Below, one piece after another: positions 9,130 to 20,273 of a stretch of DNA of 29,149 nucleotides. Every line of letters starts with the position of its first letter. Positions within the stretch are counted from its first letter, which is position 1. This stretch comes from Macrostomum lignano (taxonomy: Eukaryota): contig NIVC01004993.1 in assembly GCA_002269645.1 (NCBI GenBank), positions 1 through 29,149 of the forward strand, in the 5' to 3' direction. The notes beneath the pieces are model-generated. The model was not told where the DNA came from and did not search any database. It saw nothing but the letters and a program-made list of their open reading frames with translations. The position numbers and the translations under genes are program-made.

Positions 9130-9271
9130 AGGCTGTTTACAAAAAGTTCAGTTTTGCAATGATTCCAATATAGCAAGTAAAGGCCCCATTAACGCCCAGA
9201 ACAAAGCACGCGAATCCACAGGCGGTCAGTACCCGGCCAGTGCCTTAACCGGACACTCTCGGCCAGGCGAA

Positions 9272-9458
9272 TCAATAAGCGCCGCTTCGGTAGCCACCGC
9301 CGCCCCCGGCAGCGCCCTGCGAGTAGCCGCTGTGCAGGGACATGGTGTGCTGGCCCTGACCGCGGGCCGCTCCGGCCGCGTACACCGAGCCGGCGGCCGA
9401 CATCGCTGGCGGCTGGGCGCCCGGCTGCAGATAGGCGAAGCCGGACTGGCCGTCCTGC
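9272..9458 (-). CDS. Claudin-like protein, exon 3 of 3 (Gly/Ala/Gln-rich cytoplasmic tail)
   Basis: Acceptor AATTCATAG|G at 9459/9458 matches the phase-2 donor at 12713. Reads R-QDGQSGFAYLQPGAQ...YRSGAY*, GC-rich, stop at 9272-9274. Confidence 0.7.
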
Positions 9459-9601
9459 CTATGAATTCGATTGACAGGGCGGTTGGGAGCGATTGCAGCT
9501 ACTTGCATCAGTAGTATCAGGCTTATTAATGGGTTAAGAATGTAAATTATTGTGCATGTCTTTTTGACGGTCCGGTGCGTTTCCTGCGCATCAGACTGGT
9601 T

Positions 9602-12600
9602 TGGGACCAGCCTACCGAGTATCTGGGATGGACCAGCCTACCGAGTATCTGGGATGGAGCAGCCTACCGAGTATCTGGGATGGAGCAGCCTACCGAGTAT
9701 CTGGGATGGAGCAGCCTACCGAGTATCTGGGATGGAGCAGCCTACCGAGTATCTGGGATGGACCAGCCTACCGAGTATCTGGGATGGACCAGCCTACCGA
9801 GTATCTGGGATGGAGCAGCCTACCGAGTATCTGGGATGGAGCAGCCTACCGAGTATCTGGGATGGAGCAGCCTACCGAGTATCTGGGATGGAGCAGCCTA
9901 CCGAGTATCTGGGATGGACCAGCCTACCGAGTATCTGGGATGGAGCAGCCTACCGAGTATCTGGGATGGACCAGCCTACCGAGTATCTGGGATGGACCAG
10001 CCTACCGAGTATCTGGGATGGAGCAGCCTACCGAGTATCTGGGATGGAGCAGCCTACCGAGTATCTGGGATGGACCAGCCTACCGAGTATCTGGGATGGA
10101 GCAGCCTACCGAGTATCTGGGATGGACCAGCCTACCGAGTATCTGGGATGGACCAGCCTACCGAGTATCTGGGATGGAGCAGCCTACCGAGTATCTGGGA
10201 TGGAGCAGCCTACCGAGTATCTGGGATGGACCAGCCTACCGAGTATCTGGGATGGAGCAGCCTACCGAGTATCTGGGATGGAGCAGCCTACCGAGTATCT
10301 GGGATGGAGCAGCCTACCGAGTATCTGGGATGGAGCAGCCTACCGAGTATCTGGGATGGAGCAGCCTACCGAGTATCTGGGATGGAGCAGCCTACCGAGT
10401 ATCTGGGATGGACCAGCCTACCGAGTATCTGGGATGGAGCAGCCTACCGAGTATCTGGGATGGAGCAGCCTACCGAGTATCTGGGATGGACCAGCCTACC
10501 GAGTATCTGGGATGGACCAGCCTACCGAGTATCTGGGATGGAGCAGCCTACCGAGTATCTGGGATGGAGCAGCCTACCGAGTATCTGGGATGGAGCAGCC
10601 TACCGAGTATCTGGGATGGAGCAGCCTACCGAGTATCTGGGATGGAGCAGCCTACCGAGTATCTGGGATGGAGCAGCCTACCGAGTATCTGGGATGGACC
10701 AGCCTACCGAGTATCTGGGATGGAGCAGCCTACCGAGTATCTGGGATGGAGCAGCCTACCGAGTATCTGGGATGGACCAGCCTACCGAGTATCTGGGATG
10801 GACCAGCCTACCGAGTATCTGGGATGGACCAGCCTACCGAGTATCTGGGATGGAGCAGCCTACCGAGTATCTGGGATGGAGCAGCCTACCGAGTATCTGG
10901 GATGGAGCAGCCTACCGAGTATCTGGGATGGAGCAGCCTACCGAGTATCTGGGATGGAGCAGCCTACCGAGTATCTGGGATGGAGCAGCCTACCGAGTAT
11001 CTGGGATGGAGCAGCCTACCGAGTATCTGGGATGGAGCAGCCTACCGAGTATCTGGGATGGAGCAGCCTACCGAGTATCTGGGATGGAGCAGCCTACCGA
11101 GTATCTGGGATGGACCAGCCTACCGAGTATCTGGGATGGACCAGCCTACCGAGTATCTGGGATGGAGCAGCCTACCGAGTATCTGGGATGGAGCAGCCTA
11201 CCGAGTATCTGGGATGGAGCAGCCTACCGAGTATCTGGGTCTGGGATGGAGCAGCCTACCGAGTATCTGGGATGGACCAGCCTACCGAGTATCTGGGATG
11301 GAGCAGCCTACCGAGTATCTGGGATGGAGCAGCCTACCGAGTATCTGGGATGGAGCAGCCTACCGAGTATCTGGGATGGAGCAGCCTACCGAGTATCTGG
11401 GATGGAGCAGCCTACCGAGTATCTGGGATGGAGCAGCCTACCGAGTATCTGGGATGGAGCAGCCTACCGAGTATCTGGGATGAACCAGCCTACCGAGTAT
11501 CTGGGATGGAGCAGCCTACCGAGTATCTGGGATGGAGCAGCCTACCGAGTATCTGGGATGGAGCAGCCTACCGAGTATCTGGGATGGAGCAGCCTACCGA
11601 GTATCTGGGTCTGGGATGGAGCAGCCTACCGAGTATCTGGGATGGACCAGCCTACCGAGTATCTGGGATGGAGCAGCCTACCGAGTATCTGGGATGGAGC
11701 AGCCTACCGAGTATCTGGGATGGAGCAGCCTACCGAGTATCTGGGATGGAGCAGCCTACCGAGTATCTGGGATGGACCAGCCTACCGAGTATCTGGGATG
11801 GAGCAGCCTACCGAGTATCTGGGATGGAGCAGCCTACCGAGTATCTGGGATGGACCAGCCTACCGAGTATCTGGGATGGAGCAGCCTACCGAGTATCTGG
11901 GATGGAGCAGCCTACCGAGTATCTGGGATGGAGCAGCCTACCGAGTATCTGGGATGGAGCAGCCTACCGAGTATCTGGGTCTGGGATGGAGCAGCCTACC
12001 GAGTATCTGGGATGGACCAGCCTACCGAGTATCTGGGATGGAGCAGCCTACCGAGTATCTGGGATGGAGCAGCCTACCGAGTATCTGGGATGGAGCAGCC
12101 TACCGAGTATCTGGGATGGAGCAGCCTACCGAGTATCTGGGATGGAGCAGCCTACCGAGTATCTGGGATGGACCAGCCTACCGAGTATCTGGGATGGAGC
12201 AGCCTACCGAGTATCTGGGATGGAGCAGCCTACCGAGTATCTGGGATGGAGCAGCCTACCGAGTATCTGGGATGGAGCAGCCTACCGAGTATCTGGGATG
12301 GACCAGCCTACCGAGTATCTGGGATGGACCAGCCTACCGAGTATCTGGGATGGAGCAGCCTACCGAGTATCTGGGATGGAGCAGCCTACCGAGTATCTGG
12401 GATGGAGCAGCCTACCGAGTATCTGGGATGGAGCAGCCTACCGAGTATCTGGGTCTGGGATGGAGCAGCCTACCGAGTATCTGGGATGGACCAGCCTACC
12501 GAGTATCTGGGATGGAGCAGCCTACCGAGTATCTGGGATGGAGCAGCCTACCGAGTATCTGGGATGGAGCAGCCTACCGAGTATCTGGGATGGAGCAGCC

Positions 12601-12676
12601 TACCGAGTATCTGGGATGGACCAGCCTACCGAGTATCTGGGATGGAGCAGCCTACCGAGTATCTGGGATGGAGCAG
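9602..12676 (+). repeat. 26-bp minisatellite, ~118 copies (GCAGCCTACCGAGTATCTGGGATGGA), filling claudin intron 2
   Basis: Near-perfect tandem array. Variants are G/C at one site, one G>A at ~11482, and TCTGGG duplications at 11240, 11610, 11980 and 12454. Confidence 0.99.
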
Positions 12677-12713
12677 ACCACTAAAAAGCAATAGGCCCGA
12701 GAGTCCCGCTCAC

Positions 12714-13132
12714 CTGTTGTCATCCTCCTTGTCATTCTTGTACACCATGTAGAGGAACACGCAGGAGATGGCGCTGAAGAAGCAGGACAGCACAGCGAAG
12801 GCATAGGACCAGGACAGGTGATTGTGGTCAGGCCGGGGCATCCAATCGCGGTCCTCCACCTTAACGCCAAACACAATGACGCTGATGCAGAGGAACACAC
12901 AGGCCACGCCCTGCGTGCCACAGCAGATGGCAGACTCAGCAGAGCGAGTGCCAATGATGAGGAAGTGGAACAGGGAGCACAGTAGGCTAACGCAGTGGCA
13001 GATGAAAGCCAGGCCACACATGGCCTGCACAGCAATCAACCATGGTGGGTCAATCCATTCCCAGATGCCCTTGTTCCACAGGTTCCAGTCAAATATCCAG
13101 TAGCAGCCTGTCCATTCTATGCCAAAGTTGTC
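12714..13132 (-). CDS. Claudin-like protein (PMP22/claudin superfamily, invertebrate Kune/Pickel-like), exon 2 of 3
   Basis: Acceptor CCTATTTAG|GAC, phase 0. Reads DNFGIEWTGCYWIFDW...WIDPPWLIAVQAM, three hydrophobic helices and WMPRPDHNHLSWSYAFAV, typical of invertebrate claudins. Donor AG|GTGAGC at 12713. Confidence 0.9.
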
Positions 13133-13504
13133 CTAAATAGGAACAAGGTAGGAGGGTTTTGAAATTGAGCTTATAACAAATATTATATTTAAAAGCAAAA
13201 ATGATTTTAACAAGTCTACATTTAGAGAAAAAGGTGTCAAGTTTGCTCTGATTTACATTGGCCATGTAACTTATTTTTAGAGTTAGACCAAAAATGTGAC
13301 TTACTTGTAAAAGAAACCTTAAAGCAAAAAATAATGCAATTTTAGGTAACTAGAAAAGTAACTATGCCTTTTAAGGCTAAATGCCTCATTATCTTATTAT
13401 TAATACATCTGTATTTTTCAGGTAGGCATTTTTGTGACTTACCTTACCTAGGCCTTTTGCTAGCTAGCTAGATTGGCTAGGTGTAGATGTTATATATGTA
13501 TAAA

Positions 13505-13680
13505 CAGTGTTGGGCACCAGTCCATTAATAAACATTAATAAGCATTAAGATTTTTCATTAACATTAATGGACTGCCATTAAGAGTTTTTTGAACTAACGG
13601 ATTAATGAATTTGTGTTAATAATTTTGTGAGTTAATGACAAATTCATCGTTAATGTTAATAACAATGTCAATGACCAAAG
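13505..13680 (+). mobile_element. Solo left end of a hAT-like element
   Basis: Starts CAGTGTTGGGCA, the same 12 bp as the TIR of the 17763-18571 element, followed by many CATTAA/TTAATG motifs. No matching right end or TSD found. Confidence 0.45.
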
Positions 13681-13919
13681 ACATAAAGAAATAACAAAAA
13701 TATAAGTCTGAAGAGAAGCTACAACTAGATGTAATTCAATTTACCTGAAAGCCCAAAAAATCTTTTAATGATGGTCATGCAAAGTAACAATTTCTTACTA
13801 ATGAACTTTAGTAATGAATTATACTTGTAAAAATGTGAAGCTTTTGCTTGCACATAAGCATGGATTGCTTTGATTCACTTCTTTCCCAATCTTTATTTGT
13901 AACTTTCTGCTGTGCCGAC

Positions 13920-14758
13920 TAGTGTTCCGCCGTAATTACGGCTACGGCTACGGCAAATTACGGCTACGACACTTTTGAAGCCGTATTTTCATTATGGATT
14001 ACGGTTACGGACATATTTTGAGCTTACGGTTACGGTTACGGATTACGGAGATTTTTCTAGACTTGCCGTAATTGGTAGCCGTAACAAAAATTATTTATTT
14101 TTAACTGTTTAGTGTTATAAAAGAAAATTTTTTTATATCAACTTTAACCAGTTTTCATTTTGTTTTACTAGTTATTATTATTTTTTACATTTGTTAAGTT
14201 TCTAAATATCTACGAAACTTTTTGAAAACGAAAAATGAATTTTTTCACAAATTTTCTCATTAGGCATACGGCATAGCATAGCATAGCGATAGCATGATAG
14301 CAGCGAGACAGAGAGAGCCAGTCAAAGCCTGCAAGAGACTAAGAATCTGGCATTCTTATTTCTTAGCCATATGTAGCATTTAGCTCCTTAGCATATTGTA
14401 GCGAAACAAAACAGAATCACAACACAGAAAACTGAAAAAGGCACCAAGCACACAATTGCATACAACAATGCTATAGAATACTTAGATAAAGATATTATAT
14501 TTACGAAAAAAATAAATTAATATTAATGCATGAACGAACAACAAGTACGTTTTATTGCTATCCTTTTATCCTTTTTATCTGTCCTTTTCTGTCTGCCTCA
14601 CTTTTCATGCAAAAATATCAATTTTTGTTATACATTACGGCTACGGTTACGGACTTTTTTAGCCCGTAATGACGGCAAAATTCAGCTACGGAAGTTGCTT
14701 CTTTCTTACGGCTACGGTTACGGTTACGGAGGTCAAAACTCGCGGCGGCAGAACACTA
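13920..14758. mobile_element. Non-autonomous hAT element (MITE), 839 bp, in claudin intron 1
   Basis: TIR TAGTGTTC(C/T)GCCG at both ends and a perfect 8-bp TSD GTGCCGAC (13912-13919, 14759-14766). Subterminal TACGG(C/T) hexamer clusters at 13938-14090 and 14636-14730. No transposase. Confidence 0.92.
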
Positions 14759-15531
14759 GTGCCGACTAATGCTAGTGAACAACCTTTGTATTTGTATTTT
14801 ATTAATAACTAATTAGCTTTCAAGTTTTAAATAAAAAAGTTACTTCTTTTACTATATGCTTACTTTTAGTAGTATTATACATACAAGTTTTTAAAATATA
14901 TTATTTAATACTTTTTAGCTTGTAAATTGGTTAGATGACCTCTGTATTTTGCTAAAAAGGTGGAAAAGCAAAGACAGTGCATTGTGGATGTCTATTTTGA
15001 AAAAAAGTGCAAGATTTCTATAATTTCTGTGTTAACTTTAATAGATTAAGATTTACTTATAACTATCTGTTAATTTTTAGTTAACTTCCCAATAGTCTAG
15101 AAGGTGGCCTTTATGCCAGAAAATTCTAGTATCTTTTGCCCCCTTACTGATAATCTTGGCATTTTGAATTTTCAAATCCAATACTAATATATACAGTTGG
15201 CATACAAAAAATGGCCAAGCCAAGTTCAGGTTTAGTGTTTATGATGTAGCTAAATATCAGTCAAAGAAAGCTCTTCTTTAAATAAAGGAAACAAAGCAGG
15301 AAAATAAGAATGCAACTTAGCTTATAAAGAAAACTAAAGTAGGATCCTAAAACAAAAATAAGTTTCTAAAAAAAGACACCTTAAAGTTTAGTGAAACTCT
15401 TATTAAAGTTTTAAAACTCTTTTAAAACAGGCTTACTGACTTTCAGACCAGCATTAGGTTATAGGCCCTTAATCCAACAAATTTATAGACAATGTGTACT
15501 TTCTCAGCTTATAGTTATATTTCACACTTAC

Positions 15532-15750
15532 CTTTGGATGGACGAATTTATCAAAGCAAACCGACCAGAGTCCAAGTTTTAGGAAAGGATTTTTTGTATC
15601 TGGATAGGATTCAAGCCAGTAGGGGCTGCAAAACGCCAGAAAATGTAGCAGAATGCTAGCCAGTGTTGTTGCGAAGGCGCCATAGAAGGGCAAATCATAG
15701 ATAGGATTTCCTTGTAACTTATCTGGCTTTTTAGGATTTGTTGAAATCAT
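15532..15750 (-). CDS. Claudin-like protein, exon 1 of 3
   Basis: MISTN...TM1 (AFATTLASILLHFLAFCSPYWLES) and the claudin GLWxxC motif (LGLWSVCF). Donor AAG|GTAAGT at 15531, phase 0. Model complement(join(9272..9458,12714..13132,15532..15750)) gives 274 aa. The start codon is uncertain, since a possible upstream UTR donor lies at ~15910. Confidence 0.88.
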
Positions 15751-17024
15751 CTTTCGATGGTTTCAGCAAAAAAAGAATTACTAGCTAATATTTTTCTTTT
15801 AGAACTTCTAAACGAATTTTATTTTTAAACTACAGAGATACACAACGACCAAAACAATCAGTAAAACCTGAAAAAAATCAATGCGGAATCACTGGATTTA
15901 AATTCCTACCTTGTTCCGGGGTACAATACGATAAAATCAAAGTCAATGAACCAAAACTTTACTTAGCCAAGGTTTACGTAAAAAAATTAATGAAGCGTCT
16001 GTTTAGGGTTTATCATTATTATTTTACTTGCTGTGTATTTTCAAGCAACACACGTTTTAAAATTTTTATTAATTTTAAAATTTACAGTTCAGTTTCAAAT
16101 GACTTTTGAAAAATTTAACGGATACGGGTTCGGGTGGTTGGTTCGGGTTCGGTGTAATAATTATGTAGTAGTAGGCCTAGTACACTTATTTTTGTACACT
16201 ATTTGTAGAAGTAGTAAAATTAATATGAAAAACTGTTTCATCTACGTTATCTTAACAGTCAAATTTGATAGTCAAATTTGATTTAACACTACACTGCAGT
16301 TATGACAAAGTTGACTGACATGCTAAAGCCAAGCAAAGCCACGTTGCCCATTTGTTGGCCAATGCTTTAAAGTTGTCTAGTTGTAGTTGATATGCATGAA
16401 AATGATTGAATTGGACCTCGGGCATAAATTGGGACTACTCCAAGGCATTGAGGCAAATTTTGAGCCCGAGTTTTGAGGAATTGGGGCAGGAAGCCATATT
16501 CCCATCTTCAATAGTTCAATATATTCCAGAATCCAATGCATGTGTGCCATGATCTTAACTATGTTGATTAGGTGATGGAATCATAATTTTGTCTCTTTTG
16601 GGTAGGGGTTTTAGGTGGTGCTGTGGCTGTGCGGATTTTAAATTGAAGCTTCATTTTTATGAGCTGCATAGAATGCCACCATATTTCCAAAGCGCGGCTG
16701 CTCCTAAAACTAGCTGCACAATTTGCATTTTTTCTATCTAGCATAAGAATTTTCATTCCCATGCATATGCTATGTTTAAACTAAAAGGAGAGACAGTGGA
16801 AGTGCTACTTCACTTTTCTTTTGTTGCTTCTGTGGGCCCAAAGGCATGGCAATTGCTTTGGCTAGGCTGTAGACCGTAGCAACCTGGGCCCAGAAATACC
16901 ATGCTTCAAGTTCAATCTTTGTTATCCAATGTGAGCAGAAGGTATAGGCAGGATGCAAAATCCTACCTATTACAATTTTTATATAGCTTTAATCTAACTA
17001 TAATATGTTGGTCCTAGCTATTTA

Positions 17025-17571
17025 TATTGGCATAGGAATAGGGGGAGACAATGAGGCCATGGCCCCCCACTTTTTAAAATAGGGGGGGGGGTCAGTTGGT
17101 ATCTGGCCCCTTGACATTTAAATGCAAAATATAGACTGCTTATTTTTTGTTGCTTTGCATGAATGTATTTTGTTATAGCCTAGGGTGACAAAATATAGCA
17201 CCTACAATGCTAAAATGGGTGCTTATGGTGCTAAAATGGGTGCCTGCAATGCTAAAATGGGTGCCTGCGGCTGTGGCACTAAAATGAAGGTTTGCGGCAT
17301 TAAATTGAATGCCTGCAGTACTAAAATAGGTGTTTGTAGTGTTAAAATGAGTGTTTGTGGTGCTAAAATAAGGAGTGTAGCACTAAAATAAGTGCCTGCA
17401 ATGCTAAAATAAATGTTGACAATATCAATTATAAAAAAAATTGGTATATAATAATGTAAATTTTTCATATAAAAAATAATCTAACTTGATAGAGGATATA
17501 CACCCTATGCACCCCCCCTAAATCCACCACTGAACCTGGCCCCCACTTTTTGAAACATTCCTATGCCTATG
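17025..17571. mobile_element. Degenerate MITE-like element with GGCATAGGAAT inverted termini
   Basis: GGCATAGGAAT (17029-17039) / ATTCCTATGCC (17557-17567), with GGCCCCC(C)ACTTTTT repeated near both ends. No convincing TSD. Confidence 0.55.
17188..17412 (+). repeat. Degenerate 21-bp minisatellite (GCTAAAATGGGTGCCTGCAAT-like, ~10 copies)
   Basis: CTAAAAT recurs at ~21-bp spacing inside the 17025-17571 element. Confidence 0.8.
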
Positions 17572-17762
17572 CTAGCTAAATTAAAGCCAACCATTAAGGC
17601 ATGGGAAGTATTTTAACTAGAAGTATTTTATGTATCTAAAGTTCAAGAAGTCTAGATGGATTAATATAAATATATAATTAATAAACAAATTATACATTTA
17701 TTCAATGTCTAGCTTTAAATAAAATTTTTATTTATTAAATTTCAATAAAGTATAGGTCTATC

Positions 17763-18571
17763 CAGTGTTGGGCAAGTTACTCAAAAAAAGTAACTTGCAT
17801 TACTGTAACTAAGTTACGAATTTTTAAAAAGTAACTTATATTAGCCTAGTAACTTTAGACAAAAACCTGGTAACTTTTAGTTACTGTCCGTTACTCACTT
17901 CTGTTACCCATGTTATTAACAAAATTTTCTGCTTTTTTCACATTGCACATTTTTTTCACATTGTTGTTACCAAAATTAACCAATTAACAGACAGAAACAG
18001 GAATTGGCAACACAATGTGAGGCAGGTAGAAGGACCAATGGGCAATGGCAATCAATAATTAAAATTATAAATGATAAAATAAATGAATATCAATAATTCA
18101 ATAGAATAAAATAAATAGAACTATATAAAATGATATAGTGTACTGCAGTGCCAGTGGAGGGACTTGTGGAGGCTACAGATGAATTTCTTTCTTTGGTTGT
18201 TTGTTTGAATCAAACTTGAAAATTTTTAGTAACTTGAAAATGAAAGGCAAAAATATAACAAAGTAAAACATGTTTCAAGTATTTCTTCATTAATTAAAGC
18301 ATAATACCATATGATGCTATTCACTTAATTTTGAATTTAGGAATGAAAAATGTAAATAAATGTAACAACCAGTGTAATAGCTAAGCATTTCAGTTTTAAA
18401 TTTAAATATTGCAATTGTTGCAAAGTAACTGTAATGGACTTCTGAAATTTGAGTAACTTACCGTTACTCCATTACTAAAATAAAAAAGTAACTTGCATAA
18501 GGAACAGTTTATGAAAAAGTAACTTACGTTACCATTTGCAAGTTACTTGGTAATGGAAGTGCCCAACACTG
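17763..18571. mobile_element. Non-autonomous hAT element (MITE), 809 bp
   Basis: Perfect 12-bp TIR CAGTGTTGGGCA / TGCCCAACACTG and a perfect 8-bp TSD GGTCTATC (17755-17762, 18572-18579). AGTAAC/GTTACT subterminal motifs at both ends. Confidence 0.93.
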
Positions 18572-19026
18572 GGTCTATCCATGGTCCATGGAAGCAGTGG
18601 CTTTATTATTTTAGGCTAACATTACCAATATATAAAGTATACATAAATTTTTACAATCTTTTCTTATTGGCCTTAGCTTAGCCTTCTAAGAACTATCCAC
18701 CTATAGATAATGGAGCCCTATATATGAATTTAAGTACATTGTTATAATTGTATAAAGGCAGAGGATTTATAATAGCAAAGAATAGATTAAGGCCCTTATT
18801 TGTAATAGCAATGAGATAACGATGTTATTAATTTCAAGCATTAGTTGTGAATCAAAGGGAAACAAAAGGGCAAACAACAAAGGAAAAGGAAAAGAAAAAA
18901 TATATAAAAAAGGAAATTCAATGAATTAGGTTGAATTTTTGTACATATTACTCGTAATAGATCTATTTCAAAGTTTATGTCTGATCCCAAACCTCCTAAG
19001 GATTTGCTAATCTATTTAGTAACTTA

Positions 19027-19583
19027 ATGGAATCATTAGTTCTCTTAACAATGTTGATGGAGAGCGCTGAGCCCAGCACAGACCAGCTGGAGCCAAAGCA
19101 GCAGCCAGCTGTGTCAACTGCTGGCTATGCAGCAGTAAAGCCTGAGTATCTCTTGCCGCCTGCTCCAGCACCTGTGGCAGAGTCCTAGTGAATGGCCAGC
19201 AGCAGCAAACGGAGCAGTCAAAATCCCGAAAGCGACGGCCCTACCTGCCTGACCGCCCGGCTGAGTGTCGGTCCTACTTCGCCGATGGCGTCTGCCACTT
19301 TGGCGTCACCTGCCGGCTGTCGCACGACCTGCCCGCCTACCTGGCCACTCGGCCGCCAGATCTGGGCCCCTCCTGCTTTGTCTTCGACACCACCGGCCGC
19401 TGCCCGAGCGGCGCCCTGTGCCGATTCGCTGGCGCTCACGTCGACGCCGACGGGCGCAACCTGGCCGATCCCGACAGGCAGCGCACCTGGGCTGCGGCCG
19501 GCCAGACAGAGCTGCATGGCCTGGACCGCGACTTACAGCTGGCCCTGCGCCGGGATGACTTCGACTTTGGCGAGGCGTACGCG
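19027..19583 (+). CDS. DUS3L: tRNA-dihydrouridine(47) synthase 3-like, exon 1 of 4 (frameshift at ~19184-19187)
   Basis: GYAAVKPEYL N-terminal motif in the 19027 frame, then two CCCH zinc fingers in the 19188 frame. One extra base (e.g. TCC CTA GTG) fuses them. Donor GCG|GTGAGT at 19584. The start could be the ATG at 19027, 19051 or 19057. Confidence 0.8.
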
Positions 19584-19676
19584 GTGAGTTTCGGTGTTGA
19601 TTTGTCCCGTCTGTAGCCTTCAGTTAGCCTCCTCGGCTTGCTACAACGGGCTCTGTCTATCCCAATGTTTCTGCAG

Positions 19677-20273
19677 GTGTTGCGACAGCACGGCGTTCAA
19701 TGCAAAGGGCGATTCGCTGCCGCCGCCTTCAGGGCCGAGGCTAAGGCTGCTGAGTCATCGGCACCGGCAGCTGAGTCATCGGCACCGGCAGCTGAGTCAT
19801 CGGCCCCGGCAGCTGAGTCATCGGCACAGGCAGCTGAGTCCTCGGCACCGGCAGCTGAGTCATCGGCACCGGCAGCTGAGTCCTCGGCACCGGCAGCTGA
19901 GTCCTCGGCACCGGCAGCTGAGTCCTCGGCACCGGCAGCTGAGTCATCGGCACCGGCAGCTGAGTCATCGGCACCAGCAGCTGAGTCATCGGCACCGGCA
20001 GCTGAGTCAACGGCGCCACTCCCCAGCGCCGCAAGCAATCCGCTTGGCTCTCTGGCCGAAGGGTCGCGCAAGCGCCGCCTGGACTTTCGCGGTAAGCTGC
20101 TACTGGCGCCCCTGACAACAGTTGGCAACCTGCCGTTCCGTCGAGTCTGCGTCGACTTCGGCGCCGATGTGACCTGCGGCGAGATGGCGATGGCGTCCAA
20201 CCTGCTGCAGGGCCGCAACGCCGAGTGGGCGCTGCTGCGCAGGCACCCCAGCGAGCGGTGCTTCGGGGCGCAG
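19677..20273 (+). CDS. DUS3L: DUS3L exon 2 of 4 (contains 13x AAESSAP repeat and start of the Dus domain)
   Basis: Acceptor TTTCTGCAG|GTG. Reads [37 protein letters not shown]. Donor CAG|GTGAGC at 20274, phase 0. Confidence 0.92.
19746..20018 (+). repeat. Coding 21-bp tandem repeat, 13 copies (GCAGCTGAGTCATCGGCACCG = AAESSAP)
   Basis: 273 bp = 13 x 21, in frame within DUS3L exon 2. Confidence 0.97.

Noticed and set aside
9552-12752. Four huge ORFs (406-1039 aa) of WSSLPSIWDGAAYRVSGMEQPTEYLG repeats
   Set aside because: The 26-bp unit has no stop trinucleotide on +, so all three frames are open and cycle through the same peptide. The variants are frame-indifferent, and the array is antisense within a claudin intron.
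14530-14769. 79-aa ORF with YGYGYGG
   Set aside because: It lies inside the hAT MITE and derives from TACGGT hexamers.
16300-16960. Moderately complex sequence with 60-64 aa ORFs, possibly a decayed TE coding region
   Set aside because: No motif recognised in any frame. It would need a translated search against Dfam/Repbase.
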